Shown here piece after piece: positions 1 to 12,800 of a DNA stretch of 64,000 bases. Below the pieces are notes generated by a model. The model saw only the letters and a program-made list of their open reading frames with translations. It did not search any database and was not told the origin of the DNA. The position numbers were made by a program, and so were the translations under genes. Positions within the stretch are counted from its first letter, which is position 1; each line of letters begins with the position of its first letter. Origin of the DNA: Tubulanus polymorphus (lineage: Eukaryota > Animalia > Nemertea); contig NC_134031.1 in assembly GCF_964204645.1 (NCBI RefSeq), positions 1,612,001-1,676,000 of the forward strand, written 5' to 3'.

Positions 1-328
1 ATTTCACTATTTCTCATATCATAAAATAATATACATGTACATTACATTATAAGACAGTCTATTTATGTATAAAATATGTTACAATGTCCTCAAATCATTC
101 AACAGGCTTCATATATAAAGTCATCACACACTGAGTCCCTGAGTCGTTGTTTAAACATTTAACTTTTCAAACTTGGTTTAAATGCTGAATTTCTAAAAAA
201 AAGAAGCTCGATTTTGAAGAACAAAAATTATGAATAACCAGAAGGTTACAAGTATGAGTAGCTCACACTTTCATTGACTCAAACTACTAAAACAGCACAG
301 TTGAAAATTTTATTTCAAACTATCAGTT

Positions 329-3300
329 TTAAAGTTGATGATTTCGTTTGATTTTCATTTCCGAATGTTTAAGTTCGACCCACTCCTCTTTATCGTAGTT
401 GAACCAAACGATTCCTTTGTTGAAACGTCCGTTGAGATTCGAGTAGTGACAATGTTTATACCACCAGCCCGACGTATAGTGTTTACCGCAGTGCGTGCTG
501 CTCGCGTCGTTATCGCGATCGAGCGTGCTGAACTGCATGTTCGTCGAGTACGAAAACGCGTCCGTTGCATTACCGTGGTAACCGGTGACGTTTAAGCGGA
601 ATCCGGATTTTTCATCGTCGACGAAGAAAGAATCGTAGATGGCGTACGTGTAGACATCTTCAACGTCCCATAGACCGATATACAGCATGTATTGATCCTG
701 CGCCGTTAACCAGTGAAGATATTCATTACCGATCCAGAATTCAGCAGACGGATCTCCGAATCCGAACTTGTATTCGACCCAGTCCTGCGCGAAGTCAACG
801 GAACCATCAATTCTACGTTGAATATACGTCCAATCATTGGCGTCTTCCAGCTCGCAGTAAGTTTCCACGGAATGTTCGCTGTTTCCCGGTCGAATCAACT
901 GAGCTCCATTTCTCTTGATTCCAGTTCTTTCTAGTACGTCGGAACAATCTGCAAAAAAAACACATACGAATTTATCAGACTCGAAAGCGATGTGAATTTA
1001 GAACAAACATTGATGAACAATTTGTAGGAACGATGCCCTCTCACCACAATTGACAGATATATGTCAGATATGTCAACAAATGAAGACAGATACAGATGAT
1101 AAGATTACTGAGAGAAACCAGAGATTTTAAAACCAACACCATATTCTATAGAATTAGTTTACTGTAGTTCATTTTCAAATAGATAGATTCATATTTAAAC
1201 TCTGAACTGTTGAACTGAGTCCTGAATATTTTGGCTTCAATTAAAATCAGGTTGGGGTTGAATTTAGCCTTCCTTCAAAGAAAAGCGTAACACCTGTAAA
1301 TGTATGTGTATATATTTTTACGTACCTTTAGGTAAATGCCGTACAAATTTATTCAGTTCGACCTTCGTATCGATGACGTCTGGAAGATGTTTCGTCAGAT
1401 TACGACTCAAATCGATCATCATACCCAACGTGTTTCCCATTTTATTCGTGTTATTCTTCACTTTATCGACGTAGTTTCGTTGATCTTTCTGTTCTCTCGC
1501 CAGACGGCGCACGCGTCCGTCGAATAGCGACATCCGATACGACAGTTTACCCATCGCGGCGTCCTGATCGTTGTCTTTCATTTGTTTTTTACATTCGAAC
1601 AACGACGCGTTCAACACTTTCACCTCGACGTGCGCCAGACGGTTATCGATCGCGAACGCGCGACTTTCGAGCTTTTTAAAATCGGACGAGATCATGTTCT
1701 GTAGCTGTAACGCGAGGTTCGTATGTTGACGTAGTTCGCGTTCGTTCGTCGTCGAAGTCTTATTCAAACTACGTATATTTTCTCTGATCGTTCTGAAATT
1801 AGCGTTGACGGTTTTTTTATCGTGACCGACGACCGCGAAGAGATTCTTTAATTTCTCTTTAACGAACGCGATCGATTGCATTAAACTCTCGATCTGACGT
1901 CTGTTCATCTCGGTGCCGTTCACGTGACCGCTGTTCGCTATGTGCCATTGTTGAAGCGATAGAATCTGCTGCGTTACGTTCAGGAACATCTTCTGCACCG
2001 ATTCAACGTTATCCTCGATTACCTTCTGTTTCGTACGGACGACTTCGTTTTCTAATTTCATCATCAGCATCGTAACGTTGGTCAGATCGGATCGCAGTTT
2101 CATCACATCCTGCTCCTGATTCAGCAACTTCTTCTGTAAACTCTCGACTACCGAGTCGGACTTCTCTTCTTTCTTCGCAACGGGAAGAAACTCCTCTTCG
2201 GAACCGGAACCTTCTTCGAATATTTTCAATCTTTTCGAGGTTGTAACTCGGTGTTGAGGTTGTTTTCGATGGTGTCGCCCACTGGTGGCTCGTTTCGACA
2301 TGAATTCGGTTAATTTCGCTTGCGTTTCATCGAGTTTCACGTCCCTGTTGACCGCCTGTGTTTTTAACGTATGAACGTCTTTGATAATCTGAGTAATGTA
2401 ACGACTGTTTAAATCAGTTCTTTCACTTTCTCTCATTAAACGTATTTCGAAAGCTTTCACGCGATCGTTGAAATCTGATTGGATGTTTTTCAAATCTCTT
2501 AGATTTTGTTGTAACTGAAATGAAGAAGTTGAATGAATGAAATCACAGTAGATAAGAGTGTTTGATACTCTAAGTGGTATGGATATGTGAAGAAAGTCCA
2601 GGACTGGGTTTCTAGGGCTACATCAAAGATTTGAATTGTAAATCATTTTAATTTCAACATTGAATTCAGTTGAATCAATATTAGAGCTACAGTTCTATGG
2701 ACCCTGCTTAATTTGGATCATTTGGACCCATCAAATTCATCCAGTTTATTCTCATCCAGAAATCCGGATTAAACGGTGGATTTTACCGTAACTCTTTGTG
2801 AAACCAGGGTTCGGTTTAAGAGGCTAGTATTACCTTCAACCCGGGGGTTAACTCAATTCATTTTCAACTGGATTAGCCCTGAGGTTTAAGGTAATACCAG
2901 TCTATAAAACGGACCCCGAGGTTTTATCTCTCAGCAGCGAGGTTTCCTTACCTTCTCTTGTTTGTCTTTGACTTCAGTAACGGTCCAGTCTATATCAGCG
3001 ACTACATTCAGCTGTGTTTGTACGCTCGACATTTGCACGTCAGATTTAGCTTTTTCAGTTTGTAAATGAGACACTTGACCCATCAGAGTATTAATCGTTC
3101 GATCCTGAGCCATCACTGTGTTCTTCATCTCTTGCATGTCAATTCTGTCAACACAATAAAAACATGTGAAAATTAATACAAAAATTCTCAATGATTGAAT
3201 TTCTTCCTCAAATTTGTGTCCCTTATATGATAAAAATCTCACAATATATAAGAAAAATGGGTTGAAATGTTTCCTTGAGAATAGTTTATTTCAACATTTC

Positions 3301-3719
3301 AACTATAATGCCCTAACAGTCAACTTCAAGAATAGAGTTCCTTGAGCTGGAAGTTTATTCAACGTTTCAACTATATCCTAATAGTCATCTTCAGGAATGC
3401 TAAAGTTACAACAAAATTTTTTTCATCCTAAATGCAAAAAACTTCAAGGAAACATTTCAGACTCTTCTTTTATATTCTGTTCATCAAGATCAGGTTTCAT
3501 CTAGTGTTTCATCAAAATTCTTGTCCCTTACCTGTCCTGAGTTTGTTTATCGAGAAGTTCAGCGACAAGCGATGCCAGAGATAAAGAATCGAGTTTTCCA
3601 TCTTTAATGTCGCTGGTTGTGATTTGCTTTCCGTGCGATTCACAAATATCATTGAGGACGAACAGCATCAGAATACAATATAAAAACTTCATCTTACTAG
3701 ACGCAGGAATAGATACCAT
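329..3719 (-). CDS. Secreted coiled-coil + fibrinogen-related (FReD) protein, scabrous/angiopoietin-like; 4 coding exons, about 729 aa
   Basis: Exons 3719-3532 (signal peptide-like FLYCILMLFVL), 3144-2952, 2514-1326 (coiled coil) and 948-329 join in frame via GT-AG. FReD motifs: WTYIQRRIDGSVDF, EFWIGNEYLH, FSTLDRDND, GWWYKHCHYSNLNG. The C-terminus resembles insect Scabrous from memory. Confidence 0.9.
3357..3398 (-). ncRNA. Penelope/retrozyme-type minimal hammerhead ribozyme motif in an intronic repeat
   Basis: Minus strand reads ATTC-CTGAAGA-T-GACTAT-taggat-ATAGTT-GAAA-CG-TT-GAAT: core boxes, 6-bp stem II, 4-bp stem I and palindromic minimal stem III. Degenerate copies lie at about 3290-3330, 3853-3890 and 13452-13488. 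Confidence 0.45.
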
Positions 3720-5731
3720 TAAATCTGAAAATACAGAATGAGAAATAATGATTTAACACTCTTGAGTCTGTGATGTTGTCATATATCAAATCCTTACACT
3801 AAGAAAGAAATAAGAGTGTGAAATGTTTGTTTCCTTGAGTTGATGATTTGTTTTCAACATTTCAAATATATCCTCATAGTAATCTTCAAGAATATCTTTA
3901 TACCAGTATTTGAGCTGAAAATAACCATTAGTATTGATGAAACTCTAAGTCTGTGATGTGAAGATATGTAGTGAATATAGAGAATCCCCCAACTAATATA
4001 ACAAGAAAGGATTCCGAAAAGTTTCGTTTAAGTTGAAAATTTAGTGATTATGGAAAATTCTGAAAACTGAGTCAATCCTAACCGTGGTTTTTCCCCTAAA
4101 AACCAACTTATTTCTAAATTTCTCCGCAATTTAGTTAAACTCTGATGTATCGAAACTTTAATCAATCAATTGAAACTTTTCAGACTCCATCTTTCTCATT
4201 ATCATTAGTGTGGCATTCTCTATATCACTATTAGGATCTCTATATCACTATTAGGATATAGTTGTAACATACTAGCTCAAGGAAACATTTAGAACTCTTG
4301 TTTTTCATATTTAGGAAAAGTGAATCTGCTTGTTACAATTTTAGTTCTCTAAAAGCATCATATGGTGCTCGGATGTTTTTTTCTGGGGGTTTATTTCTGG
4401 GTGGCCACACGCTGTTTGTTTGCTAACTCGTATATTGAAAAACACGCTGTGATTTTGACACAGTGATAATCCATGTGTATATTGTACGTGTGTATAAACG
4501 GTACACAGAAAATCCATCAGCTATTCTTCAATTGTATAAACACAATCAATCAGCGCAAACAAAAAAATAGCCGATTCTGCCAGGTATTCAAAGGTTTAGC
4601 TAAAACTATCCATTTTAGAGGAACTGATTGAGGGGCCAACTTTGACTACCACACTAAAGCAATTTTGCATTTTGTTAAAAAGAGGCACCAACCCTAAAAC
4701 ATCAACCCTTGTTCACGGTATAAGTTATATTGATGTTTCCGTAAGAAGTTGGACTCAAATCTAGTGATCCATTTTTTCGTCATAAAATGTTTCAACTATT
4801 TTAAGGACATATAGAATTTTTTCTGCCTATTTTCAAGAAGGGCATTTCAGATTTATTTAGGCACCCTGGGTCTGCCCCTGTTTGTAATGATTTTAAGTAG
4901 CTCCTACTATTCAATGAAGATATTCAGTATACTGCTCTGTGCCACATCGCCACAAAAATATTACCCGTTTCTTATTTAGTTAAATGAGATTGTCTGCTGA
5001 AGCGGTATTTTCTCGGCTGGCGCCTGTTACGGGCGAACAAAAATTATCCAAGAAGAAAATAAAAACTGAGATGATTTTGTTAATGGAATAATATTATGAT
5101 TAGTGTAAACAGAAGCTTGCTCCAAAAAGATTGGCCTAATGACATAATAATGATGCAAGTAGTAGTCGGTATAGGCTACTGGTAATACATACACTAACAC
5201 ATTATTACTGCATATGGACATACGATATCAGCAAATTACTGTTTGTCCAGAAATCAGTTTCAAAGTTGAGAATTTTAGAATTAGTTCAATGGCTAGAATT
5301 TAATTTATATCCCAAACCGTGGTTTCAAAGTTGTAAGTTTGAGTCCTTTGAGTTTAGTTCAACTGTTAGAATCATGATATTTCAAACCCTGAACTGAGTA
5401 ACTGGGACCTGTAATTCTGTGTTCATATATCAATGGTTAGAGTACAGAGTAGCTTACTTCAAAACCGCTAATCCATAAATATGAACAGCATATCATATCA
5501 ACATATATAGGTGTATAGGTGTATATATCATTTTGTTCAAATGTTTTGATCAATAAATAGCTAGTATGAATGAGGAATGCTTATCTAATCTCCCAAACTG
5601 TCAGGACTAAGGCATGAATCAAAATCATTCCTTAAAAATGAAATGTGAGAATTCAAGTGATTTAAAGTACCATGTCACAAATATTACCTTATATTGTATA
5701 TAAAGCTGTAGAATTGAAATAGTTCACTTAC

Positions 5732-5961
5732 ACGTTTTATAGAATGTTTTATAATCCTCGGTTTCCCCACTGATAAATGCTACAATGACTTATCACCAAG
5801 TCTTCTGTTCGGTTGGCCTACTAATAAATGATAACTGTGATTACCTAAACCGAATGGCCTCTCCTCCTCGTCGTCAGTCGGTCGGTCGGCTGTTATCAAC
5901 CAATAGAATGATTGCTGCTAGGAAAATGTAACCTATCAGCACCTACAAACCTACTTATATA
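5732..5961 (-). promoter_or_regulatory. Putative TATA box and non-coding first exon of the FReD gene
   Basis: Minus-strand CTATATAAG near 5954-5962 and a strong donor CGT|GTAAGT at 5732/5731; an acceptor lies just upstream of the ATG at about 3724. Confidence 0.35.
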
Positions 5962-6881
5962 GATATACTCTCTGACTCTGACTCCTGCCAGATTTGAGAT
6001 TGTTCAGGTGTCCAAATGAGTGGTCATCACATATATATTACGACACAATTATTCCTTCTATCATTATATTAATTAAAGGATTTACTAATTGAGATTGCGT
6101 TAATTAGATAGTAATTATCCTATATTAGGCACGATGACTACTGAATTATCATAATTTGCCATTCAGCTGATGACTGGTTAATTGTCGCAAACAACAATCA
6201 TCATGTTTTAGAAGTTGCCAATTTCTTGAACTTTTAATCTCAGACATTCAGACAGACAAAATATGGCCGATTTTTCTTTTAAAAACCATTAAATATATCG
6301 CATCAAAGATGTGAGTTTACGATGAATTTTTCCGCGCAGACGTTTACTAAATACGATTGATATTTTCTCACACGCGTCGCAGACAAAATAAAGCATTCCT
6401 TCGCGTAATCAATTATGAAATCGATCCTAACATTTACGAGTTTTTTCAGATCAATTTACAATTAACATCAACACAGATGACTAATTACAGCCACGTTTTG
6501 TAATTAGTGGTTTTCGATGTGTTTCGGAGGGTTTGTTGTTTTCGCTGATGAAATGTATCACACTTTTTCTGTGAAATGAATCTACGTTTTGTTAACCACC
6601 AGTAATCAGGATGTTTATGTAATTTCGTCGCGTGGTTTCACAATGTTTAGTGTTTATTATTAGTTTGTGATAGTTGTGTGTGTAAACTGACCTGAGTTTT
6701 CAATTAGTGATATTTAGAAGATCGTAGTCAACCGGTCTCAACCGGTCTCCGCTTGTTGAGAAGATCACAGAGAAAAAAGAAATAAACTTTATCTATAATA
6801 CGGAACCCCTTTATTGGTTTTACGTGTCGTAAAATGCAACAAATTATTTTCATTTTGTCTCTATTTGTTTTTTTTTACCAG

Positions 6882-9800
6882 ACGTTGCTTCGCGTGTGGG
6901 ATTGTTTTCTACTCGAAGGTCCGAAGGTTCTTTTCCGATTCGCACTGGCGATATTGAAGATTCACGAGTCGGTTCTCCTCGAAAAAGAAGACACGATAAG
7001 CATCATGAAACATCTGAAACTGTGCGCGAGATTAACGTACGACGCTGAGGGTTTGATCAAGGTAGAATAATAAAGAGAATCAATTGCTGTCAAATTTTTC
7101 ATAAGTATATCTCTTATTTCTGCTGGATAAGTAGAAAACGCTCCTGGGTCCAGTTTCACGAAAAAGTGTAAGCCTAAAACAGTTAAGTTTGAATTTTTGT
7201 CCTCAATGTAAACATGAAGTAACCAATGGCAATTACATCAAAAATTTGAGTTTAACTTTTTTGTGAAACTGAGCCTCTATTATTTAACAAACACTTTTGC
7301 CGTTTTCTGCAATTCAGAATTTGTTGTCAATTTGTTGATAGGTCGCCTTCGAGGAATTGAAGCCATTTCCGAGTCGTAAAGATATTTCATCCAAGCAGAC
7401 GTACTATATCAATTTGCTGAAAGAGCAAGTGAAAAAGAGAGAAGAAGAAAGAAAAGCAATCGCAGAGAGAGAGGAAATGGTATGATTTTTAGCCCAAAAA
7501 TTCTGAGATGTTTCTGAGGGTTTGAGTCAAAAATTCTGAGATGTTTCCGAGGGTTTGAGTAAAAAATTCTGAGCTGTTTCTGAGGGTTTGAGTCAAAAAT
7601 TCTGAGCTGTTTCTGAGGGTTTGAGTCAAAAATTCTTATTTCTTGTTGATTACAGTTTCGTGAATTAGAGTTGATACCGCAAAATGCACTTGTTATTGAG
7701 TGTGCTGCCGTGTTTGAAGAAGGTTAGTCGCATTCCCAACTATTGCAGTTTCAAATATATCAGTTTCTGGATTTAACGGTGACAGAATCGTTGTTTTTCA
7801 ATTCAGGTAAAATTTGGATGTGTCACGGCGAACAAAACTCGGGTAAAATCTGCAAGATTAATTGTGAGGAAAACTTGATGTATGATCTGAATTGCGAGGT
7901 AATTAAATGAACTGTTTGTGATTTGAAATCCCCTGAAGTTTTTACTCCGTGCTCACCGCCTGGAGTCTATATTTCAGTTCGATTCACGTATCATGGCTAT
8001 TGTCGCGATGTCAGAAGAACTCGTTCTAATCGGAACTCTGTCACAAAATCTTTATGCCTTCTCTACTGCATCGAGGTTAGTTAGTGAAGATCTGAATGAA
8101 TTCATGCTGAATAAACTGTTATCAGATTTACCATGAATTTTTATGTATTTTTAGAGAACAGTTGTGGAACATGCGTCTACATGATGTCATATTGTCGCTG
8201 GTACAACATGTCGAAATGGGTGGAAACAAAGTGTTTGCCGCTCTTGGTGACGGAACCATTGCAATCATCGAGGTAAGCTTCATTTGGAAAATATTCTTAA
8301 TCTCCTGATAAGAATGACCACAACCTTAAATGCACCTAGTCGTAGCCTATAAGTGGTGATCAATTGAGACCATTCACATTGGGTTAGGGTTAGGGTTAGG
8401 GTTAGGTCCATGCCTGCTCAGGCCAAATTTCAGCACTGATCAGTTTGATCACAGGTATAGTCAGAGACGGTATTTCCTCGATGTGAATTGTTGGTGACTT
8501 CATTTATCTGAAGATATCTCAGTAAGATTTATCTCTATTTGCTCTTCTCTCTCCCCCGTCTGTTTAGGATGTTGGTTTAACTCAACCGAGGTCAGATGTA
8601 TTTTACATTCCAATCGGACATTCTCCGGTCACGTCGCTGCTCATATCCGACGGTAAACTATGGTGTGCATCGGGTAATGCTGTGCAGATTCTACATGCCA
8701 GGTAAACAGACGCATATCAGTCTAGAAAAACCCAGACCTGATTTCAATTTACTATTGAGAGTAGTTTCTACCCTTTTTAAGACCTCAGCTTCTCCCAAAA
8801 ATATCAAAATACTTTTCAACATCAGGCTCCAGTTGCACAGTTGTGACTTAAGTCCAAAAGTGGTCTTAGATTGTAAGTCTGGTCTTAAGTTGTTAGATTG
8901 GCTATAGAACTTAGTTGGTCTTAGACTGGTCTTAAGTCTAAGCCATGACTATGCAACCGGCCCCTGAATAATTTCAAGTAAAGTTAATCTCACTTTTGGT
9001 GCAAACTAACAAAATTTAAGTTATCAGGTAGTCTGGTCTGTAACTGCTCAGTCCAGTAATATTTCAGACTAGGAACACGATATATTTATATGTTTCAGCA
9101 CTTTGGATTCTGTTGATAATTTTGTCGTATCATCGAATCCGTTTGATCACGTTCTGACCTTGAGTCAAGGTGAACACGGAATCTGGATGGCCGTTAAAGG
9201 TTCGTCGTTACTGGAATTGTGGGACATGCGACAATTTACTTGTCATCTGCTTTTTGATACGAAAGAAAATCGATACCAACACAGTAGAAAGGTAAATCAG
9301 TGAACAGTATATGGTGTAAATCAGAACATTATACAGCGTAAATCAGTTAAAAACAATGCAATGTTAATCAGTGAACAATATGCAGCTGTACAGTTCTTTA
9401 TTAAATCTGAGTTATGTTAATTCATTTTCGATATCTAGACTAAAGTCTTATGCAAGAGTGTAGAACTGGATCCAGTTTCATATAGGATATAAGTTTTATC
9501 AATCATATTCTGGTCAAAATATATGTCATGTTATACCATGGTAAACCTGGTCCTGAGGAGCCATTTCGGTGTGGTATCAAATAAAATCACACAAAAACAG
9601 GCAGTACTTTGTAGGTTTACTGAATTTGATAAAGAAATACAAGCTTTCTTGATAAATGAGACATGAGTCATGTCTTCACATTAAACTCATTTACCTGATG
9701 AAGCTGCTATGCACTAGCAATGAAAGTTCATGATTTCTGATTAAATTAAGTTAATCAGCTCATTACTACCTCTTTTCATGTTCATTTATGATGTGGTTCA

Positions 9801-12800
9801 TTGAATAGTAATCGTCAAATTTGTAAAATGAGATGTTTGTTGTTGTTGTTGTTGTAGGACGAGGAAGACTATTTCAACCCATGTCGTATCACCGCGATTT
9901 TACCGTACCAGAATCTACTGTGGGTCGGAACGGCTCGCGGAGATCTGATGATCTACGAGGTTCACGAGCGTCGTTCGAGTAAAGTGCCGACGATGCAGTC
10001 GTCGGTGAGCAGCGCATCGACGTCTCCGTTCGCGGCCGGCGACGCCCTCAGTCGAATCACTTCGATTAACACCGTCGAAGAGAAGGTGAATGCACTATAT
10101 TTCCAGCGCATGGAAAACCAGGTGATGATACACGCAGCGATTGACACATTGCTAACGATAACTAATTCATCATCATCGCTAAAAGTCATGATCATGCTAA
10201 CACCTGGCTAACCATACCTTCATGGAATTCAATGTTATGTTGTTCGTACCCTTTACTTAAATAAGATGGTTATTTCTATGATTTCTGATCTGTTTTAGGC
10301 AGCCATCTTTCTGTATTGCATGATTTATTTTATTTTATCGTCTTAGTGCATGTGACTCCAATAGTTATCATTGTCTCTCTCTATTTCTCATACACATTTA
10401 TGGTTTTATTGTTAGTTACACTACTCCGGAGTATCCATACTATATGGATAGATTTATGATATATGGTATTTTTATGTGATTTACCTCATATTGACTCTAA
10501 CTGGTTAAGTGAAGATACCAGACCTGGCTACCTCGTTATTTTCCTTTGAAATAGTTTTCAGGACAAATGACAGACAATCAGACAACGATAATAGTGCATG
10601 TGGTGTGGTAGAAAATGCTTAAGAATTCATTGTGATTTTGAGAGTATTTTGATAATTTTTATCATTAAATTGACCCTCTCTACTCCCAAGTAGATATAAC
10701 TAGTCAGGTCTGAGATACTGAGTCTTTGAAAACACTGTATGACGTATCTTTTCAATTTTATTTTTTAGTCTTCCACATTGAAAACCAGTCCGCAGAACAG
10801 CTCCGCGAGTTCGAGGTCGCCGATACGGGGTAATACCCCTCCGGTGAAATTCGATTTAGACACCGATATGCAACGATCGCCGAAAGTCTGCGGTTCGCCG
10901 ATAATCTGTACATCTCCGATGCACAGTCCGCGATTCGTGAGAAAAAAACGACTTTGTCAACAGCAACAACTGTCGCCTCTGAAACAACCGACGAAACAGA
11001 CAGTTGACGCCGATAATTCGAATAAATCGGAGAATTCCGATTCGTTGAAAGTCGAAACTCATAAACGCGTCATCGAATATTTGTCGTCCCAGCAGATGAA
11101 CGGAAAACTGTCGAATAGCGATGAATTTGAAGATTGCGTCGACGATTCGGAGGATTCTCCGACCGCTGAAAATAATAACATGACCGAAAATACTGAGATT
11201 ACGTCATCGAGTGTTCACGATTCCGTTCCGCGAAGTCCGAGCCGCGGCGTTAAAAATATCGTATCCGATAGCGACGTTATAGAAACTGATGAAACTTTGA
11301 CTGAAAACGAAATTAAAAATGTCGTCGCGACAAAAATCACGTGTAGCAAGAAAAAACCGTCGTCGTTTAGCGATCTGAATTTCGGTACGGATTCGCGGAC
11401 TTCGCTTCATCATCTCGAGAACAAATACCCGGCAGACGCGCTTTCAGCAGACGCGCCTTCAACGGCTACAGAACTGACGCCGGATATAACGATACATCGC
11501 GCGTCAGAGAGCGCGGAAAACCCGACGAATAATGAAACTACCGTGAACGCGGAACTGCTGCGTCCGGAAGGAATGACCGATTCGAGTTCGGTATTTTGGT
11601 CGAGCAACGAAGACGTATCGGGTCCGTCTCAACGCGATTACGATTCGAAAGACGAAGACGAGGATACGGATATGAACGGGAAGGAGCCGTTGTCGCCGGT
11701 GATTACAGCGTTACAGAGATACGAACGTATGATGACGGTCACATCGATTCAATCGGGCGGTAGCGACTTCCCGTACGGTTTAGAGTTACAGCTACTCGTC
11801 AAAATGAAAATATCTGATAAACCGATTCGTTGTCTGCTACAGACCAGGTAAACATCGCTCAATAATGATTGAAACTTCTAAAAACCTCCAGATCTTATTG
11901 TGATTTCTGTATGACGCTTACAAATTTGAGTGCCTTATTGAAAGGCACTTTATATCAAAAAGGGCACAATGTCGTTGAAAAATACCTGAAAATGGCACTT
12001 GCTGTAAATCAAAGGTGTTTAAATCAAAAGTATCTTTCCTGTCAAGGGCATTACTGCCAGAATTCCATTTTCTAAATACGTTCTTAGATATGTGATCAGA
12101 TTTTGGATCCAGAATCTGACCCTGGATCTGCCTACCCCTTAACTTAGGGCTTAGTGAATATTCCTAATTCTATTTCGCTGTTATTTGAATTATTTTAGAT
12201 CAAATGATGAGGATGTTGTCGTATCATGCGCTGGTTGCTATGGTGATGATGAACCGGTCCTGAAATGGCGGCGAGAACCGAACGAGGTATATAATGAACC
12301 CTGCGTAGAGCACCCGAACCAACCCATGTAGAATGTTGATATCAGTAGTTTGAATACGTGTGTATTTGAGTGTCAGTAGCGAATGAGTTTATCCTAAAGT
12401 TTGCACATGCATCAGAGTAGTTAGTCATCATACACAGCTAAATACCATACATATATATATATTATATTCCAAACCTACTTCTGTAGCATGCTGTTTAATG
12501 TCTGTAATATGAACTCTTCAGAAAAATACTGAACTCAGGAATACCTATAACCATCTGTATAGTCTTATAACCTCCTTTTCAATTTTTACATCGAACTTCA
12601 AACCAACTTTTCACAATCTCCTATTTCGGCTTGTAAAATATTCACAAAATCTGAACCCGAGGGAAATGTGGCATTTACGTACTTTGATATCGCTTATATT
12701 ATGTATTGTGCCGCATGCTAACCGTTTCGAAACCAGGAGTTCATCATTGTTCTCTACGACAGAGCTCGGTCCTCGTATTTAAATATGCTGCTTGTTCTTT

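Noticed and set aside
8381-8406. Telomere or chromosome-fusion site
   Set aside because: Only about 4 units in a single orientation inside an intron.
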